Source: Rhina ancylostomus
Taxonomy: Eukaryota
NCBI GenBank assembly: GCA_030265395.1
Contig: JARFYF010000046.1
Location: 10,628,797 to 10,692,796, forward strand
Direction of reading: 5' to 3'
DNA: 64,000 bases
Positions within the stretch are counted from its first letter, which is position 1. Each line of letters begins with the position of its first letter. A model generated the notes under the pieces. That model was not told where the DNA came from and searched no databases. It saw nothing but the letters and a program-made list of their open reading frames with translations. Position numbers and translations under genes: made by a program. Shown piece after piece: positions 12,845 through 26,013 of this stretch.

Positions 12845-14118
12845 ACAAGAAAGCGTCAGTAAAGCTTTACTTGATAAAACTGTATTTTTCCACAGACATT
12901 TGTACATTTTTTGTTACAAAACTGTATAGTACTAAAATTTAAAATCAGTTTTTGGTCAGAGAATATTTAATCTTTGTGTGCAATTATCATGTATTTACAA
13001 GGTCCCATGTTAGTGATTTTTCAATGATTATTTCATAATGTCATACACNNNNNNNNNNNNNNNNNNNNNNNNNNNNNNNNNNNNNNNNNNNNNNNNNNNN
13101 NNNNNNNNNNNNNNNNNNNNNNNNNNNNNNNNNNNNNNNNNNNNNNNNTTTCATAATGTCATACACTCTCCACATAAGACATGGCTTAAGATAAATATAT
13201 TAGTAAATAAATATTCTGAGAACATATTTCCATAAATGAAATGTGCCGCTATACATATACAGAATATACACAGACAATTTCTAGCCTTTTTTTTAACACG
13301 TTAGAAAAAACTGGTAATGACGGAGAGAACTCTTGACCATTTTATAATTCTTTACAAGAAATTTCAGACAAATCTTTTAAGTGCTACAAATATAAAATAG
13401 TGCCTTAAGTACCCAACAAAATTGTTACTTTGCATGGATTGGTCAGGCAGTAAAGGCATTATTGTGTACATAAAACTCTACTGTGGTGCCTTTCAATACA
13501 GATGCACAAAACATACACTCAACTGTTGTAGCGTCACTAAGCTTGTTCCATGGCTTCCATGAGTGCTTGTTATAGCTAATCTGATCCTCTTGATACAGCA
13601 CAGTGAAAAACATTCAGTCACAGCCATAAAATGGCTGTTGCTTCCCTCCCCATCCCCAACCCCCCCTTCCCCTACTTGTTTCCCCTCCCTCAAATTTTCC
13701 CTTCTGCAGTCTCTTCATTGTCCCCACCTCTTCTCTGTTTGCTCTTCTTACATTTCATATTGCTGACTTACTAAGGCAACCGTAACCCTGAGCATGTAGA
13801 AGGCTCAAAAATCCCTTGGACAACAGATCAAAGTTTATTCCTGATGTTCCTTGACAACAGTAGTTTTGTTGCCTTGCAACAAAGGGCAGCAGGGTTTTAA
13901 ATAACAGCAGATCTTGATCTCACAAGACAAGCAGCACAAACTGAGTCATGGGAAGATGCATCAGATTTGGTGTTTTTCTCCATATTACCACTTATGTGTG
14001 TTTTGTCAAAGCTAAAACAGTCGGTTAAGGACTGGGTTTGGAGTTTTATTGATTGCTTCCCGTATCTCCGTACTTATTTACACATATATATATATATATA
14101 TATTTATATATAAAAAAA
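12845..14118 (-). other. ZNRF3: Probable ZNRF3 3'UTR
   Basis: No recognisable transposon sequence. AU-rich, with multiple UGUA motifs, a Pumilio element TGTAAATA (12992-12999), a (TA)n just after the stop and an AGTAAA hexamer at the distal end. Confidence 0.6.
12866..12871 (-). terminator. Candidate variant polyadenylation signal AGTAAA
   Basis: Preceded on the minus strand by TGTA motifs (TTTTGTAAC, ATGTACAAA) and followed by U/GU-rich TTTCTTGTGG. Confidence 0.5.
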
Positions 14119-14174
14119 TCAGATGTTCTGTTCAGTGACAAAATCTTTCTCTAGCATCAGAGATGGTCCGGACC
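14119..14174 (-). CDS. ZNRF3: Probable ZNRF3 terminal coding exon: (G)SGPSLMLEKDFVTEQNI*
   Basis: Strong acceptor TTTTCTTCTTTCTGTAG|GG. Phase 1 (the phase recalled for the last ZNRF3 intron) gives a short ORF ending in TGA, followed by repeat-free AU-rich UTR-like sequence. The donor is hidden in the gap, so linkage is inferred. Confidence 0.7.
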
Positions 14175-14749
14175 CTACAGAAAGAAGAAAAGGAACATGG
14201 TTACCAAAGAGGAATGAACTCTCAATTAAAATGGTAAGCTTTTAAAATTCAGACATACAAATGGATTTCTTTATCATCAGGATTAAATGCAATAATTGTC
14301 ATCCATTCTAAGTGACTATCCTATTAACTGTGAAGCTAACATTATTATTTGGTATACTTTTGACAAGGGCCAAGTGGCAATAACGGTTAAGATTCCCTGC
14401 ACAGCAAATTATCCACCGCTGTTGCAATTCCCAATGATCAAACTTAAGGTCTGGGCTTATCAATAGCTAGAATCAAATGCTTCAACACCGTTAAAATTGG
14501 GAATTCAATGAACCCAGATTTAAGAATGTCTTCTCTAGAATTGCCAAGGGCAGGTTCCTTGCCAGATGGAAACTTGCTTGTTTGCATTTTCTGTTTAATG
14601 AGTTGATGAAAACTTCCTGCCCTCCGGGGAACTGACCCCTCTGTCCCCTCATCTCTCCAGAATGCAGAACATCTTAATTGCTTCAAATGAAGACAAACAG
14701 ATGAGTGAGGCAAGAAATGTAGCCGGTTGGCAGGGTTGGGTTTGATCTG

Positions 14750-15360
14750 TGCTTCAAAGCGAAATACAGAAAGAGGCCATTTGGCCCATCAAGCTTGCTC
14801 TAGCTCTCTGCAAGAGTAATCCTGTCCAATGTATACCTTGGCTCTTCCCCACAAACAGCAATTACAGCATTTCCTTTCTGTCTCAAGTATCTATCCAATT
14901 CCCTGTTAAAAGAGACAATTTAATTTGATTACACTCTTCCACGAGGTGAATTCTAGGTCATGACTACTCCCTGCATGGAAAAGCTTTTCTTCATATTGCC
15001 TCTGCTTCTTTTGCCAGTCACTTAAAATATGCATTGTTTAGTTCCTGTTTATACAACCTGTCTTGCTTGATGGCTGAACACTTCAATAAAAATCACCTCT
15101 CAATCTTCTCCACTCCACGAATGGAGAAATAGATGAAAGAGTAGGTCATTCAGGCCTTCGTACCTCTTGCTCAATTCAATAAACCATAAAAATAACAAAA
15201 AATCTATCTGTCCCTCTCTTGAATATACTCAGTGATTAAGCCTCCACAGCCCTGCTAGGGAGAGAATACTATTGTGTGGGGGGAGGGGGGGTGGAGGGTT
15301 AGCTACCCTCTGGGTGAATTAATTTCTTCTCATCCCATTTCTGAGTGGTCAATCCCTCAG
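14750..15360 (-). mobile_element. Degenerate CR1 3' fragments
   Basis: aggccatttggcccatc and aggtcattcaggcc are reverse-complement CR1 tails. Confidence 0.55.
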
Positions 15361-15689
15361 GACGTTGATCTCTATTTGGAATGATAGTGGAAATGTAAAT
15401 AACTCCCTGGAATGATTCATGGAACCACTGTGCTCTGGAGCATGTGAGAGAGCACAACATCCATGCAAATGAATAAATAATGAATAATATTGTGTCAAAC
15501 CCAATTTCTTGGGTGAGAGTGGGGAATCAGGATCTCCACAATGTTCACTCTTGGTTGCTGTTCAATATGTCTAGCTGAAAAGTGGATGGTGACCTGGATT
15601 CATCCTAGCTGTGACTCCTCCCACTCCAAACAGTACAGGAGCTCACTCGTATTGATTTGTTAGATTCACCCTTGATTACAAAGCTTCTG

Positions 15690-16710
15690 TAATCACAATA
15701 CCTTGTCATTTAATGGATTATTGTGTGTAATATCCACCATCTTCAATGAGATTCCACCACTGATATTCAAGTTGTATTTCCTCTTTTCTCTAAAGATGCG
15801 GACATCTTCCCCTTCCCTGTCAGCATTCTGAAGGCACTGTTCCCCATGTGGTTCCCTGGACCTCTCTTCCCTTTTTACCATCCACTCCCCGTCCAAAGGC
15901 AACAACAGGAGATACAACACATGTCCTTTTACCTCATCCCTTTCCACCACCCCGGAACCCCAACAATCCTCCATGCTGAAGCAACAGATCACTTGCACTT
16001 CTTCCAACCCAGTGTATTTTATTCGGTTCACCATGTTGCTGTTCTACATTGGAGAAAGCAAGTGCAGATTGGGTGACCACTCTGCAGATTCCTCTGTTCT
16101 CTCTGCCTTCAATGAGCTTTCAGTCATCTGTTACTTTGATTCTCTATCCCACTCCCATTCTGTCTTTGGTCCCCTACACCATCCCAACAAAACCCAATGC
16201 AAGTGCGAGGGACAGCACCTTATCCTCATCTGGGCACATTGCATCCCTTGGGACTTAATAGGGAATGTAATAATTTTGTGTCAGAACTGACCAGTACTAA
16301 TGCAAGGTCACCCACCTGTAACTTAGTTTTTCTCACTCCGCAGATGCTGCCTGATCTGCTGGGTATTTCCAGCAATCTCTTTTGCTTCATATTTTATGCA
16401 ACTCAGTTCCAGCACATTCTTTCATTTCTTTCCCCCCTCTCCTTAATAGCCCTCATTCATCTATGAACTGGACAGCTCCAAAAGCATTGTGTCACCTGTT
16501 CTCCAACCTAGCATGGACAGTCACTGTGATCGCTCCATCCCTCTCCCTCTCTGCAACTTAAAACACACTTACTTCCTCACTTTTAATAAAGGGTCTTCAA
16601 TCCAAAAACAATAAACTCTTGTTCCCCTCTCCACAGACGCTGTGGGACCTGCTCAGTATTTTCAGCGTATTCTGTTCTTATTTTCGATTTGCATCAATCA
16701 GCCTTTTTGA
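15690..16710 (+). mobile_element. Degenerate Penelope-like retroelement with GIY-YIG endonuclease relic and two terminal-repeat remnants
   Basis: ORF 15973..16290 reads ITCTSSNPVYFIR...FYIGESKCRLGDH, matching the PLE GIY-YIG pattern TCxSxNVVYxIxC...YIGETxRxLxxRxxEH. Remnants at ~16300-16390 and ~16580-16700 resemble the hammerhead-associated repeat. Confidence 0.8.
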
Positions 16711-17764
16711 TTTTCACCCATTCACAATATGCCAATGTAGTCAGCATCTTCAGGGAGGAGAGGGGAAATAAAATTGGAGAATCAACAAATTTAATTCAAA
16801 AAGACTGAATGGTTCCACACAATAAGATTAATGTGGATCAGCATGATTCATATGTTGCTTATTTGAAGTCAACTGCAGTACATTACTGAACTGGTGCTCT
16901 TTGCCGGCTCCCTTCATCTTCACATTTTTTCTTGATTTAAATTTTTAAAAATGCATACTTAAGTTTGACTGTTTTTTCTTTCCAGACCGCTCAAGGGCAG
17001 CTGTAGCTCTGTTCCCAATTACAGACTCCAATCTTCAAAAGGGCACTGTACACTAAATACTAATGTTTCACAAATGTGCGAAGCACTGCCACGCAAAGCC
17101 AATATTGCAAAGGTTCGCCATGCTTAAAGTAATTCCAACAATAAATTGACGATTTGCTTCTAGGGGACGCTCCTGCCACTGGCATTTGAATGCCATCAGG
17201 AGGTCACTAAAGACTTTCAGCTGACGTTCAGTACCATATTTCAGCTGGAACAGATCACTTGTTAGTCAACTTAACCTTCCCGGGAGCTGCCAACGATAAT
17301 AGCCAGTCGTGGTAATGATAAAGCACTCAGTGTGGCATACTAAATATCATGGGTAATATGACATGATCCTTAAAATTACTGCGGTAACTTCAAGGACATT
17401 TTAACAGTCTTGGCTGGATTGTATTCACAGCACAGGAGTTTGCACAGTGTAAAAAGTATCCATTGCATTTCAAAATGCTTCACAGCTAATTAGTTGTTAT
17501 GGAATTGCAATCTGTTGTAATGTGGGTACACACGGCAGTCACGTTGCCAAAATCCAACATTGAAGTGCAGGGCAAGCCTAGAGTACTTGGTAAGCACTGA
17601 AGTAGTCATTAAAGGAGAGTATGCTTACAAAATATCAATAGAAGCAGACAGGGAACAGGGAATGGACATGGTGAAAATTGACGGGCAGGATGGTTTGCTC
17701 CGCTTAGAGTGGCTAAGTCACCTGATCCAGGTGGCTTTCCATTTAGGTTGCTGTGGACATGACT

Positions 17765-20035
17765 GAAGAGCTTGCCAATAATCTTCCATTATTTCCCAGA
17801 TGCTAGGGAGGTGCCAGAGGATTGGAAAGTGGAAAATGCAATTTACATATTCAAAACGAGGTGCAGAGACATTCCTTATAACTAGGGTTAGTTAATATTG
17901 ATGACGGGCATGAGCCAATTAATCAGAGCCCTGCATGGATCCCAACTGAACTATCTGATATAGTAAGACGGGAAAAATTGATGAAGGAGATGTATTTTAG
18001 GTTGATTTTAAGACAGTGTTTGACAAAGTACCACACAAAAGAATGGTTAACAAAAGTGAGGGTCCTGAGGTAGGAGAATCCCTGGATAACAAATGAGATC
18101 AAGGATATAAAAGGAGACGAGGACACAAAACTAGAAGTTGTGGTAAATTTTAGAAAGAGTAAAATTTCAAAATTTACCAAGAATACCAAACTTGCCGTGA
18201 GGCAAACAGCCAGCATGATGCCAATCAACTGCAGAAGGCTGAGTGGGTAGACAAGTGGCAGATGGAATTTAATACAGAGAAGTTCAAGGTGATGTGCTTT
18301 TGTGGTAGGAATGAGGAGAAAGGATGCAAGGACATTTCAAGTAACTATCAGCTTAACATCGGTGGGGGGGGTAAGATTTTAGAATCAATACTCAAGGAAA
18401 AAAATGACCAGGCACTTGCAGAGGTTTCAGTTAACTAAGAATAACCAGCACAGATTTGTAAAGGGAAGGTCATGTTTGATGAATTTAATTTTTTGATGGA
18501 GTAACACAGAAGGCATGGGAGCTTGTGTGCACTTTTGAAGATGGCAGGACATATTGAGAGAGTAGCAAGCAATGCACCTTGGACTTACTGAATAATAGTA
18601 CTCAGTATAAAAGCAGGGAATTTATACTAAAATATTATAAGGCTCTGGGTAGATCACAATGAAAGAATTGTGTCCTGCTCTGGTCATCACATTTTAGGAA
18701 GGATGCAGCAGTCTGAGGGATTGGGGATTTTATCTCCAAGGTAGGGATGGAGGAGCTTGGGATGTTCTTCTTGGAGCAGGAGAGGTCAGGGGAGATTTGA
18801 TAGAGGGATAAAAGTTTTTGATAGGTTTTAGTGTGTAAGAACATGGAGCTAGGAGCAGAAGCTGGCCATTTGACTCCTCAAGCCTGCTCTGTGCTTCAAC
18901 AAGACGTTGCTCAACATCACTCTCCTGCCTTTCCCCATATTGCTTGATCCTTTAATATCTGTTTTGAATGAACTCAATAACTGTATATTTGTTCTTAGGA
19001 AAGGAGACCAAAATTGTACACTCAGTAAGTCTTACCTGCAGTTAGATATCCTTATTCTAACACTTAGATACTCTTGCAATGAAGGCCGACATATGATTTG
19101 CCTTCCTAACTGCCTGCTGCACCTGCTTGCTAGCTTTCCCTAATTTCTGTACAAAGACATCCAGGCTCCTTTTAACATCAACATTTCCCAGTCTCTTACC
19201 ATTTAGAAATACAATTTCTGCTTGTTCCATGGAAGTGAATAATCTCACATTTTCTGCATTGTTCTACACCAGTCATGTTTCTGTTTACTTGCGCAGTTTG
19301 CCTATGTCCCCTTGAACATCCTCATCAGCACTCACATTTCCACTTGTGTTATTAGCATACTTAGAAATGTTACATTTAATCCTCTCAGACATATTGTTGC
19401 TATAGATTGTAAACCACTGGGAGTTGGAGCACAGATCCCTGGAGTCTCCAGCTAGTCACAGTCCACCAACCTGAGAAAGACCTGTTTATTCATGATTAGT
19501 TTCCTATCTGTTCACCAGCTTTCATATCCATGTTAGTATATTACCCCAGTTCCATGAATTCTAACTGTGTTCACCAGCCTCCTGTGTGGGGTGTTGTTGA
19601 AAGCCTTCTGAAAATCCAAAAGCAGCAGTCACTGGTTCTCCTACATCTACTCTGCCAGATACATCCTCTAAGAACTGCAAATCGATCACCCTTTCTAAAC
19701 CAAGGTTGACTCTGCTCCTTCATGTTATTAGGCAAGGCAGACAAAGGAAAGTTATCTGATGCTATGAAGACTAGGGGGACACAGGTGTAAGGCTTGGGGC
19801 GATTCATAAAGGGAGATACGAAGGAAAACTCGTTTATGCAGCAAGCGTTAATGATCTTGAATCCATTGCCCATGAGAATGGTGGAAGCAGAGATGATTAA
19901 CGATTTCAAATAAAAATTGGATGGGCATTTGAGCAAAATAAATTTGCAGGAATATAGAGATTGATTGATTTGAGTGTTCAACAGAGAGCTGGCATTTCTA
20001 AATTAGCCAAGTGGCCTCTTTCTCTGCTGCAGGAT
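17765..20035. mobile_element. Cluster of nested CR1 fragments in both orientations
   Basis: gaggattggaaagtggaaaatg and aagtggcagatggaatttaat on +; KASKQVQQAVRKANHMSAFIAR on -; CR1 tails. Confidence 0.7.
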
Positions 20036-20929
20036 AAATCATCATATATTGTAATCTATCTTACTGAAGTCAATTTGACAAATAAATGTTGGCCACAACA
20101 CAGATGTGCTACTCAAATTTTATATAACAAAATGCCGAGATGAGGAAATTACACGAACAGCCAAGGGTCATGTCCGGAAGCTTTAATGGTCAAAGTCCCT
20201 GTTATCTTGTCAATTTTCTGGCTGTTGAGAGACCTGGCAGCAATTTATAATAAAAATGCTACAGTTATGGTAAATGATACTGAACCATGCAGGCACATTC
20301 CTGAATGTAAGGTGCTTAGATCTCTCACAGGAGTAGTTGGGAGTGTTGTACCCAAGAATATCAAAAGCAGATAGTACTTGTAATAGTCCAGTACTCAAGT
20401 CGTGGTCTGGTGTGACCAGGTGTGGTGTTGCGTATGCACGAGTGTGAATGTGTGAGGTATGCATGTGCATGCACTGAGGCAAGTGAACGAGGGTTGCCTG
20501 CACGAGTGCATGGAGTGATGTGCAGGGGTTGGGTAGTGCACATCCATGGCCCAAGGCACATGCATGTTTGGGGATCAGTCTTTGGGCATATGCTTGCTCA
20601 TGTGCATGGAATGTGCACACGTTGTTCAAGATTTAGTAAGCCTTTTGGATGGGGTACTAAAACAGAGGCTGGCCGCCCAAAGTGGTGCACAGCAAGAGTC
20701 AGCAAAGTGAACAAAATTGAAGGTATTCTGGAAAAGCTGGAAAGCAACGGGAAGTCAGACATGTGAAGGAGGAACAAAGCTTAATTCTTCAGGTGGAACT
20801 GTTGGCCAATCCCCTTGAAACACTTTCTCTTTGCTTGCTAATCTTCTGCCCCGGGCTTGTTCCTTTCTCCTCTCATCTTTCACTGGTTTCAGCAATCAGG
20901 TTCCAAGAGTTTGCCTCGGTATTCAGCAA

Positions 20930-21235
20930 GCCTGAAGTCCCACACCACCAGTTTCAGGAAGAGTTACCTTCCTACAACCATCAGGTTCTTGAAGCAACCT
21001 GCATGACCCTAACCCTACTTCAGCAATGGAACACTATGGACCACCTCTTGCATTTCCATGGACTTGTCTTTGCATTCCTTACGCACTATCTTCTTTCCCC
21101 CCACTGTATGGTATAATTTATAGTTTGTGTGTTGTCTGTACCCACGTGCTTAAGATGCTGCTGCAAGCAAGTTTTTTATTTTACTTGTACCTCATTGTAC
21201 TTGGGCAAATAACAATAAACTCGACTTGACTTGTA
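20930..21235 (+). mobile_element. Rex1/Babar-type LINE 3' end
   Basis: cacaccaccagtttcaggaagagttac...aataaactcgacttgacttg, ending in a short tandem tail. Confidence 0.6.
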
Positions 21236-22879
21236 TACATTGGCAAAGAGTGATGGAGACTGTCAGCAGTCTCTGCCATCAGAGGGTTATCACAGCTGAA
21301 TCTGGTCCTTTCCCAGAAGGGGCGGTCTGATGGCAAGCAGGAGCAAGAACCCTGCCCTATTTTCTTTCCATTAGCCGAGGGACACTTGGTCCAGTTTTAC
21401 AGCCCTATCAGTGCCCTGGTAGATAGTAAGCAGATCAGGGACTGTACTTTCAGTGTGACTTCATGACTCACTGGATAAAAATCACTGAGCTATCATAATG
21501 GATTAATGTATCACAAATAACCCATATTTCTCTATAAATTAACATTCAATCTTCAATATTTTGCTTTTAAGGTTTGCAATGAAAAAGATTACTGACCCAC
21601 CAAGTCCACAACCAGAAACCCTGTGTGATTATCTCTAACCCCCACTCACCCCTTATCCATTTAGTCACCCTTTTAATGATCCATTTCTTCACATCTTCTG
21701 AGGAAATACAAAGGAGTGCTATTAATATCTCCTTTTTCCCTCAATCTTCCTTTTCAACAGATTTGCACCTTTCATGCACTCTTTAATCTTTTGAAATGTT
21801 TCAATCTGCATTCATGGGTTACTCAAATTATGTGCAGGTCATAAAAATGCCCTCTGTTGACTTTCAGTTGTTTTGATTCATTTATTAAGACTGCAGCTCC
21901 TGACAGTCTTTCTGAGACTCTGAACAAATCCTAAATGTCATCAGGAAAGGCTATGGTCTAAGCTAAGTAGCCCACAGGTCTGGTGCTCAAATCAAAATGT
22001 AGCAAGATGCGTAAATGAATTCAGTCAGCTTATTTATGGAATGGCCTCAGTATTTGGCAGCCAATAGGCTGATGAAAAAGTTCAACCTGTTCTTATTTGG
22101 TCCGCTAGTAACTCCATTTCCACACTCGTCAGTGAACTCCCAGGAAAACTTCACAATAAATACTACCCATGTCCCAAGAAAAAAAGGAAAAATGTCCATA
22201 AACTGTGAACAAATCATTAAAGGTGCATAATGAGATGCAACCTCTAAACTAAGTGAAACAAGAAAAATTCTTTTTTATTCCATATGTGAGTTTAATTTTT
22301 TTATGGTGTAGCTTTGGTGCAAAGCAACAATATCTCTGCTAAAGGCAAGCATCGTGTAACTTTTATTGAAGCATGTGCTTCAGTTGATGTCATTTGGTTG
22401 TCAAGCTTGCTTTCCAATTTTTCCAAACTTTAGTTCTAATGCTGGTTGCTTTGAAAGTTCACTGAAAATGTATTGAAGTCATGTCTTATATCAAAAATCT
22501 GAACGTGTCTAGACAACAGTAAATTAAATGGTACAGGTCATTGTGGGCTTTCAGCATGACAGTTTTATGTAAGGACTTTTAAAAATAAACAGGTACTGAT
22601 GCCTTTAGAGATAATCAACATATTCTCAGTTAATTCCTCATGTTATTCTAACTTCTGTTACTCTTTCTACTGCTGCTTGGGCCAAAGGAATTCTTCCAAA
22701 GTGCTCTATTGCTAATGGATTACTTTTGAAGTTTAATCACTCTTATAAAGTTACAAATTTTGCTTCTTAGTGTATTTCACCACTATAACCAGATTATCAA
22801 TAAAACATTGTTCATGAAATCAGTCTTCTTTTCCACTTTCTTGAGCAACTGGCTCCAGATAGTCAAAAGGCAATAAACA

Positions 22880-23040
22880 AAAGCAAAAAACAAACAGCTG
22901 AAGGAACTCAGCAGGTCGAGCAGCATCTGTGGGGTGAGATGAATAGTCCAGTGGTATGCTGTAAATTGACCTGCTTTAGTTCTTCTGGTAGTTCATTTTT
23001 TGCGACAGATCCCAGCATCTAAAGTCTCTTCCGTCTCCAT
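22880..23040. mobile_element. Inverted pair of pLTR-derived repeats
   Basis: gctgaaggaactcagcaggtcgagcagcatctg followed by tgacctgct...cagatcccagcatct. Confidence 0.55.
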
Positions 23041-25049
23041 TCTAAACATAAAATCATCTGGCTACTGCGCAGACCTAATCGATGTTGCTCCACTGGCTAG
23101 AGAGCAGAATGGGTGAAGGATGCTGTGTGGCATCCAATTCAGGACTCAGACCTCCGCCGTATACATTGCTGGAATATCACCCTGACAAAGTGACTGCTCT
23201 GTGATTGCTCTGTGCATCTGTACAGAGGAAATATCTAAGGAAATGTAAAACTAGAAATGCCACTTAAGTGTTTCGGTATCACTCATATCTGTTTTCAGCA
23301 AATTATTCTCCCCAGCTTGAGCATGTACCCTGCTTTGGATCTGACAAGTGGGAGATGGAGAAAACATGTGGAAAGGAGTCCCAGTTGTTTCGTTTTGCTT
23401 GGTTTGAGTCTCTCAATCCTGGATTTACCAGTCTAACGTCCATTTGCAGCTTTCTTCAAAATACCCACCTCTACCTTTAAAATCAAAGAGTAAATCATAA
23501 TCCTGCAGTTGTCCTTACACAGGCTACGTTGGACACAGTAAGAGTTAAGAGTAACCAGGAAAGTTGCCTCTCAGTTCGAAGTAGATCAGACTGACAATGA
23601 TTGATGGCTGGCTTTTGGGGAAAAGAAAACAACCTTCCTCCCCTACAATATTTTATCATTTTACAAGAAAATGTCACGTCAACACTTTCTTCACAAACTA
23701 ATCACTGCATATTTGAGCTGAATAGGAGGATAAGAGAGGTCAGTGACAGGGAAATGAACGTAAGATTGTGAATAGCGTGCAAAGTGTGATACAAGGCTCC
23801 AGCCCTCCAATGCATCACCACCTAAGCTTCAGAGAGATCCACTTTGCTGTTGCCTATGCTTTCCAGCTCTTGCACACATTAATCTGTCGGTGAGTTAAGT
23901 TTCTCTGCAAAATAAGCTACTGTGGTGAAACTTTTATACATCCATGTGGTTTAGCCTAGCAGTCAGCAGTGANNNNNGAGAGGATCATTGCAAGATTGAT
24001 GTGATCAAGAGAGCCAATTTGGCTCATTGTGGCTTATTATCTGGACAGACCCACGTCCTTCCCACAGCCACTGCCTCCACCCTCAACTGTTTCCTAAGTA
24101 GCTACTGCCTCGACTACCCTGTCCAACACTCTAATAATGCCTTTATCACTTGTTATTTGAAGAATGATTTCCTGGCTTCAGCCAAAAAAATCGGCCCCTC
24201 TCCAGTTTGCTTCCTTCTGCTTCCTGCAGTCACAATGTACGAGCACAATTGGGAGTTTACTCCAGTTTCCTCCCACGTCTCAACAATATGCTGGTGGATT
24301 AACTCACTGCAGTACATCGCCCCAGTAATGGTGGGTGGCAAGACAATCAGGATAGAGCTGACGGGTTACTTCCCAGTAACCCAGAGGGAATGGGTTACTG
24401 GGAAGTAAGAAGGGGGATGGGACGGATGGGAATCAGTTAACCTATTGGAATGTCCATGCATTAAACTTTGTATGGTTCCCTGAACTGAATAGGCATGTGT
24501 CTGTAGATTCAAGTGAAATCTCAGTTGCAGAGGGCTCATGTCTGAAGGCCCCACCTACACAGAGGCTGGCTGACCTGAAGGGTTTCCTATTTTTGTTTTC
24601 GATATGCAAAATTTTACTTTCAGGCCAACCCCCTTCTGCTGCTCTGGCTCTGTGAGGATTGCTTGAGAATGTGGTGTCTGAACTGGGTGTCCGGCTGATT
24701 TTCCTGCCCCTTGGTTTTACAGTAAAAGTCCAATAATGCAGAATGCTCAGGGTCTTAATGGTGCCACACTGTCAGGAGTTTCTTACTTACAGGATGTTAT
24801 TAATGCTGCAATATAATTTTAATTCACAGTTTTTGCAATGCTGTAATACTTTTTCTGGTGAACCCTGTAAATTTAAAAGGACCAAGGGGATCCCAGGCTT
24901 CAGTGAGTGTTGAGGCAGCAGAGGGAGCCTGATGAGTGTCGGGGCAGTGAGGGAACCCCAGCTCCACTGAGTATTGGAACAGTGAGAGGAACCCCAGGAC
25001 CCAGAGAGCGATGGAGCAGTGAGGGGGCTCTGGCCCTGCTGAGCATTTG

Positions 25050-25749
25050 GGCAATGAGGAACCCCAAATTAGGTATGTCCCCGATGAACTTCACCAATTT
25101 TTACAGATGCAGCATAGAAAGCATCTTATCCGGATGCTTGGTATGGCAACTGGTCTGCCCAAGACTGAAAGAAGTTGCAGAGAACTGTGAATGCAGCCCA
25201 GTCTATTATGAAATCCAGCCTCCCCTCCATTGACTCTGTCTGCACTTCCCGCTGCCATGGGAAAGCATCCAACATGATCCGAGATTTCTCCCACCCCGAT
25301 CATTTTCTCTTCTTCCCTTAGGCAGAACATACAAAAGTTTGAAAACACGCATCACCAGGCTCAAGGACAGCTTCTATCCTGCTTTTATAAGACTCTTGGG
25401 CAGACAGTTTGCACGATAAAGATGAACTCTTGATCTCTCAAACTACCTCGTCGTGGCCCTTGCACTTTAGTTGTCTGCCTGCACTGCACTTTCTCTGTAA
25501 CTGTAACACGATATTCTGCATTCTGTTAGTGCTTCTCCTTTTGTACCATCTTGATGCAGTTATGTATGGAATGAGCAACAAACAATCTGCTGGAGGAACT
25601 CAAGAGGGTCAAGCAGCATGGATGGGAGGAAATTAATTATTGACATTCTGGGTCAAAACCCTGTATCAGGACTACGATCTGTCTGGGTGGCATGTAAACA
25701 AAAGCTTTTCATTGCATCCTACTACAATGAGACAACAATAAACCAATTA
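25050..25749 (+). mobile_element. Rex1/Babar-type LINE 3' fragment, interrupted by a minus-strand pLTR repeat (~25575-25675)
   Basis: LGMSPMNFTNFYRCSIESILSGC is typical of the Rex1/Babar RT C-terminus. Also CACCAGGCTCAAGGACAGCTTCTATCC and a tail ending in AATAAACC. Confidence 0.75.
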
Positions 25750-26013
25750 NNNNNNNNNNNNNNNNNNNNNNNNNNNNNNNNNNNNNNNNNNNNNNNNNNN
25801 NNNNNNNNNNNNNNNNNNNNNNNNNNNNNNNNNNNNNNNNNNNNNNNNNNNNNNNNNNNNNNNNNNNNNNNNNNNNNNNNNNNNNNNNNNNNNNNNNNNN
25901 NNNNNNNNNNNNNNNNNNNNNNNNNNNNNNNNNNNNNNNNNNNNNNNNNNNNNNNNNNNNNNNNNNNNNNNNNNNNNNNNNNNNNNNNNNNNNNNNNNNN
26001 NNNNNNNNNNNNN

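Noticed and set aside
13400-13407. miR-124 8mer GTGCCTTA
   Set aside because: On the plus strand, antisense to the ZNRF3 mRNA; no plus-strand transcript is demonstrated.
20400-20625. TG/TGCA-rich stretch with TGCATG motifs
   Set aside because: Looks like a decayed purine-pyrimidine microsatellite; only about two RBFOX motifs are on the transcribed strand.
25747-25749. Apparent ZNRF3 stop codon ending the 574-aa ORF
   Set aside because: The frame across the N gap is arbitrary and the flanking sequence is a LINE tail. The exon most likely ends at a donor inside the gap.
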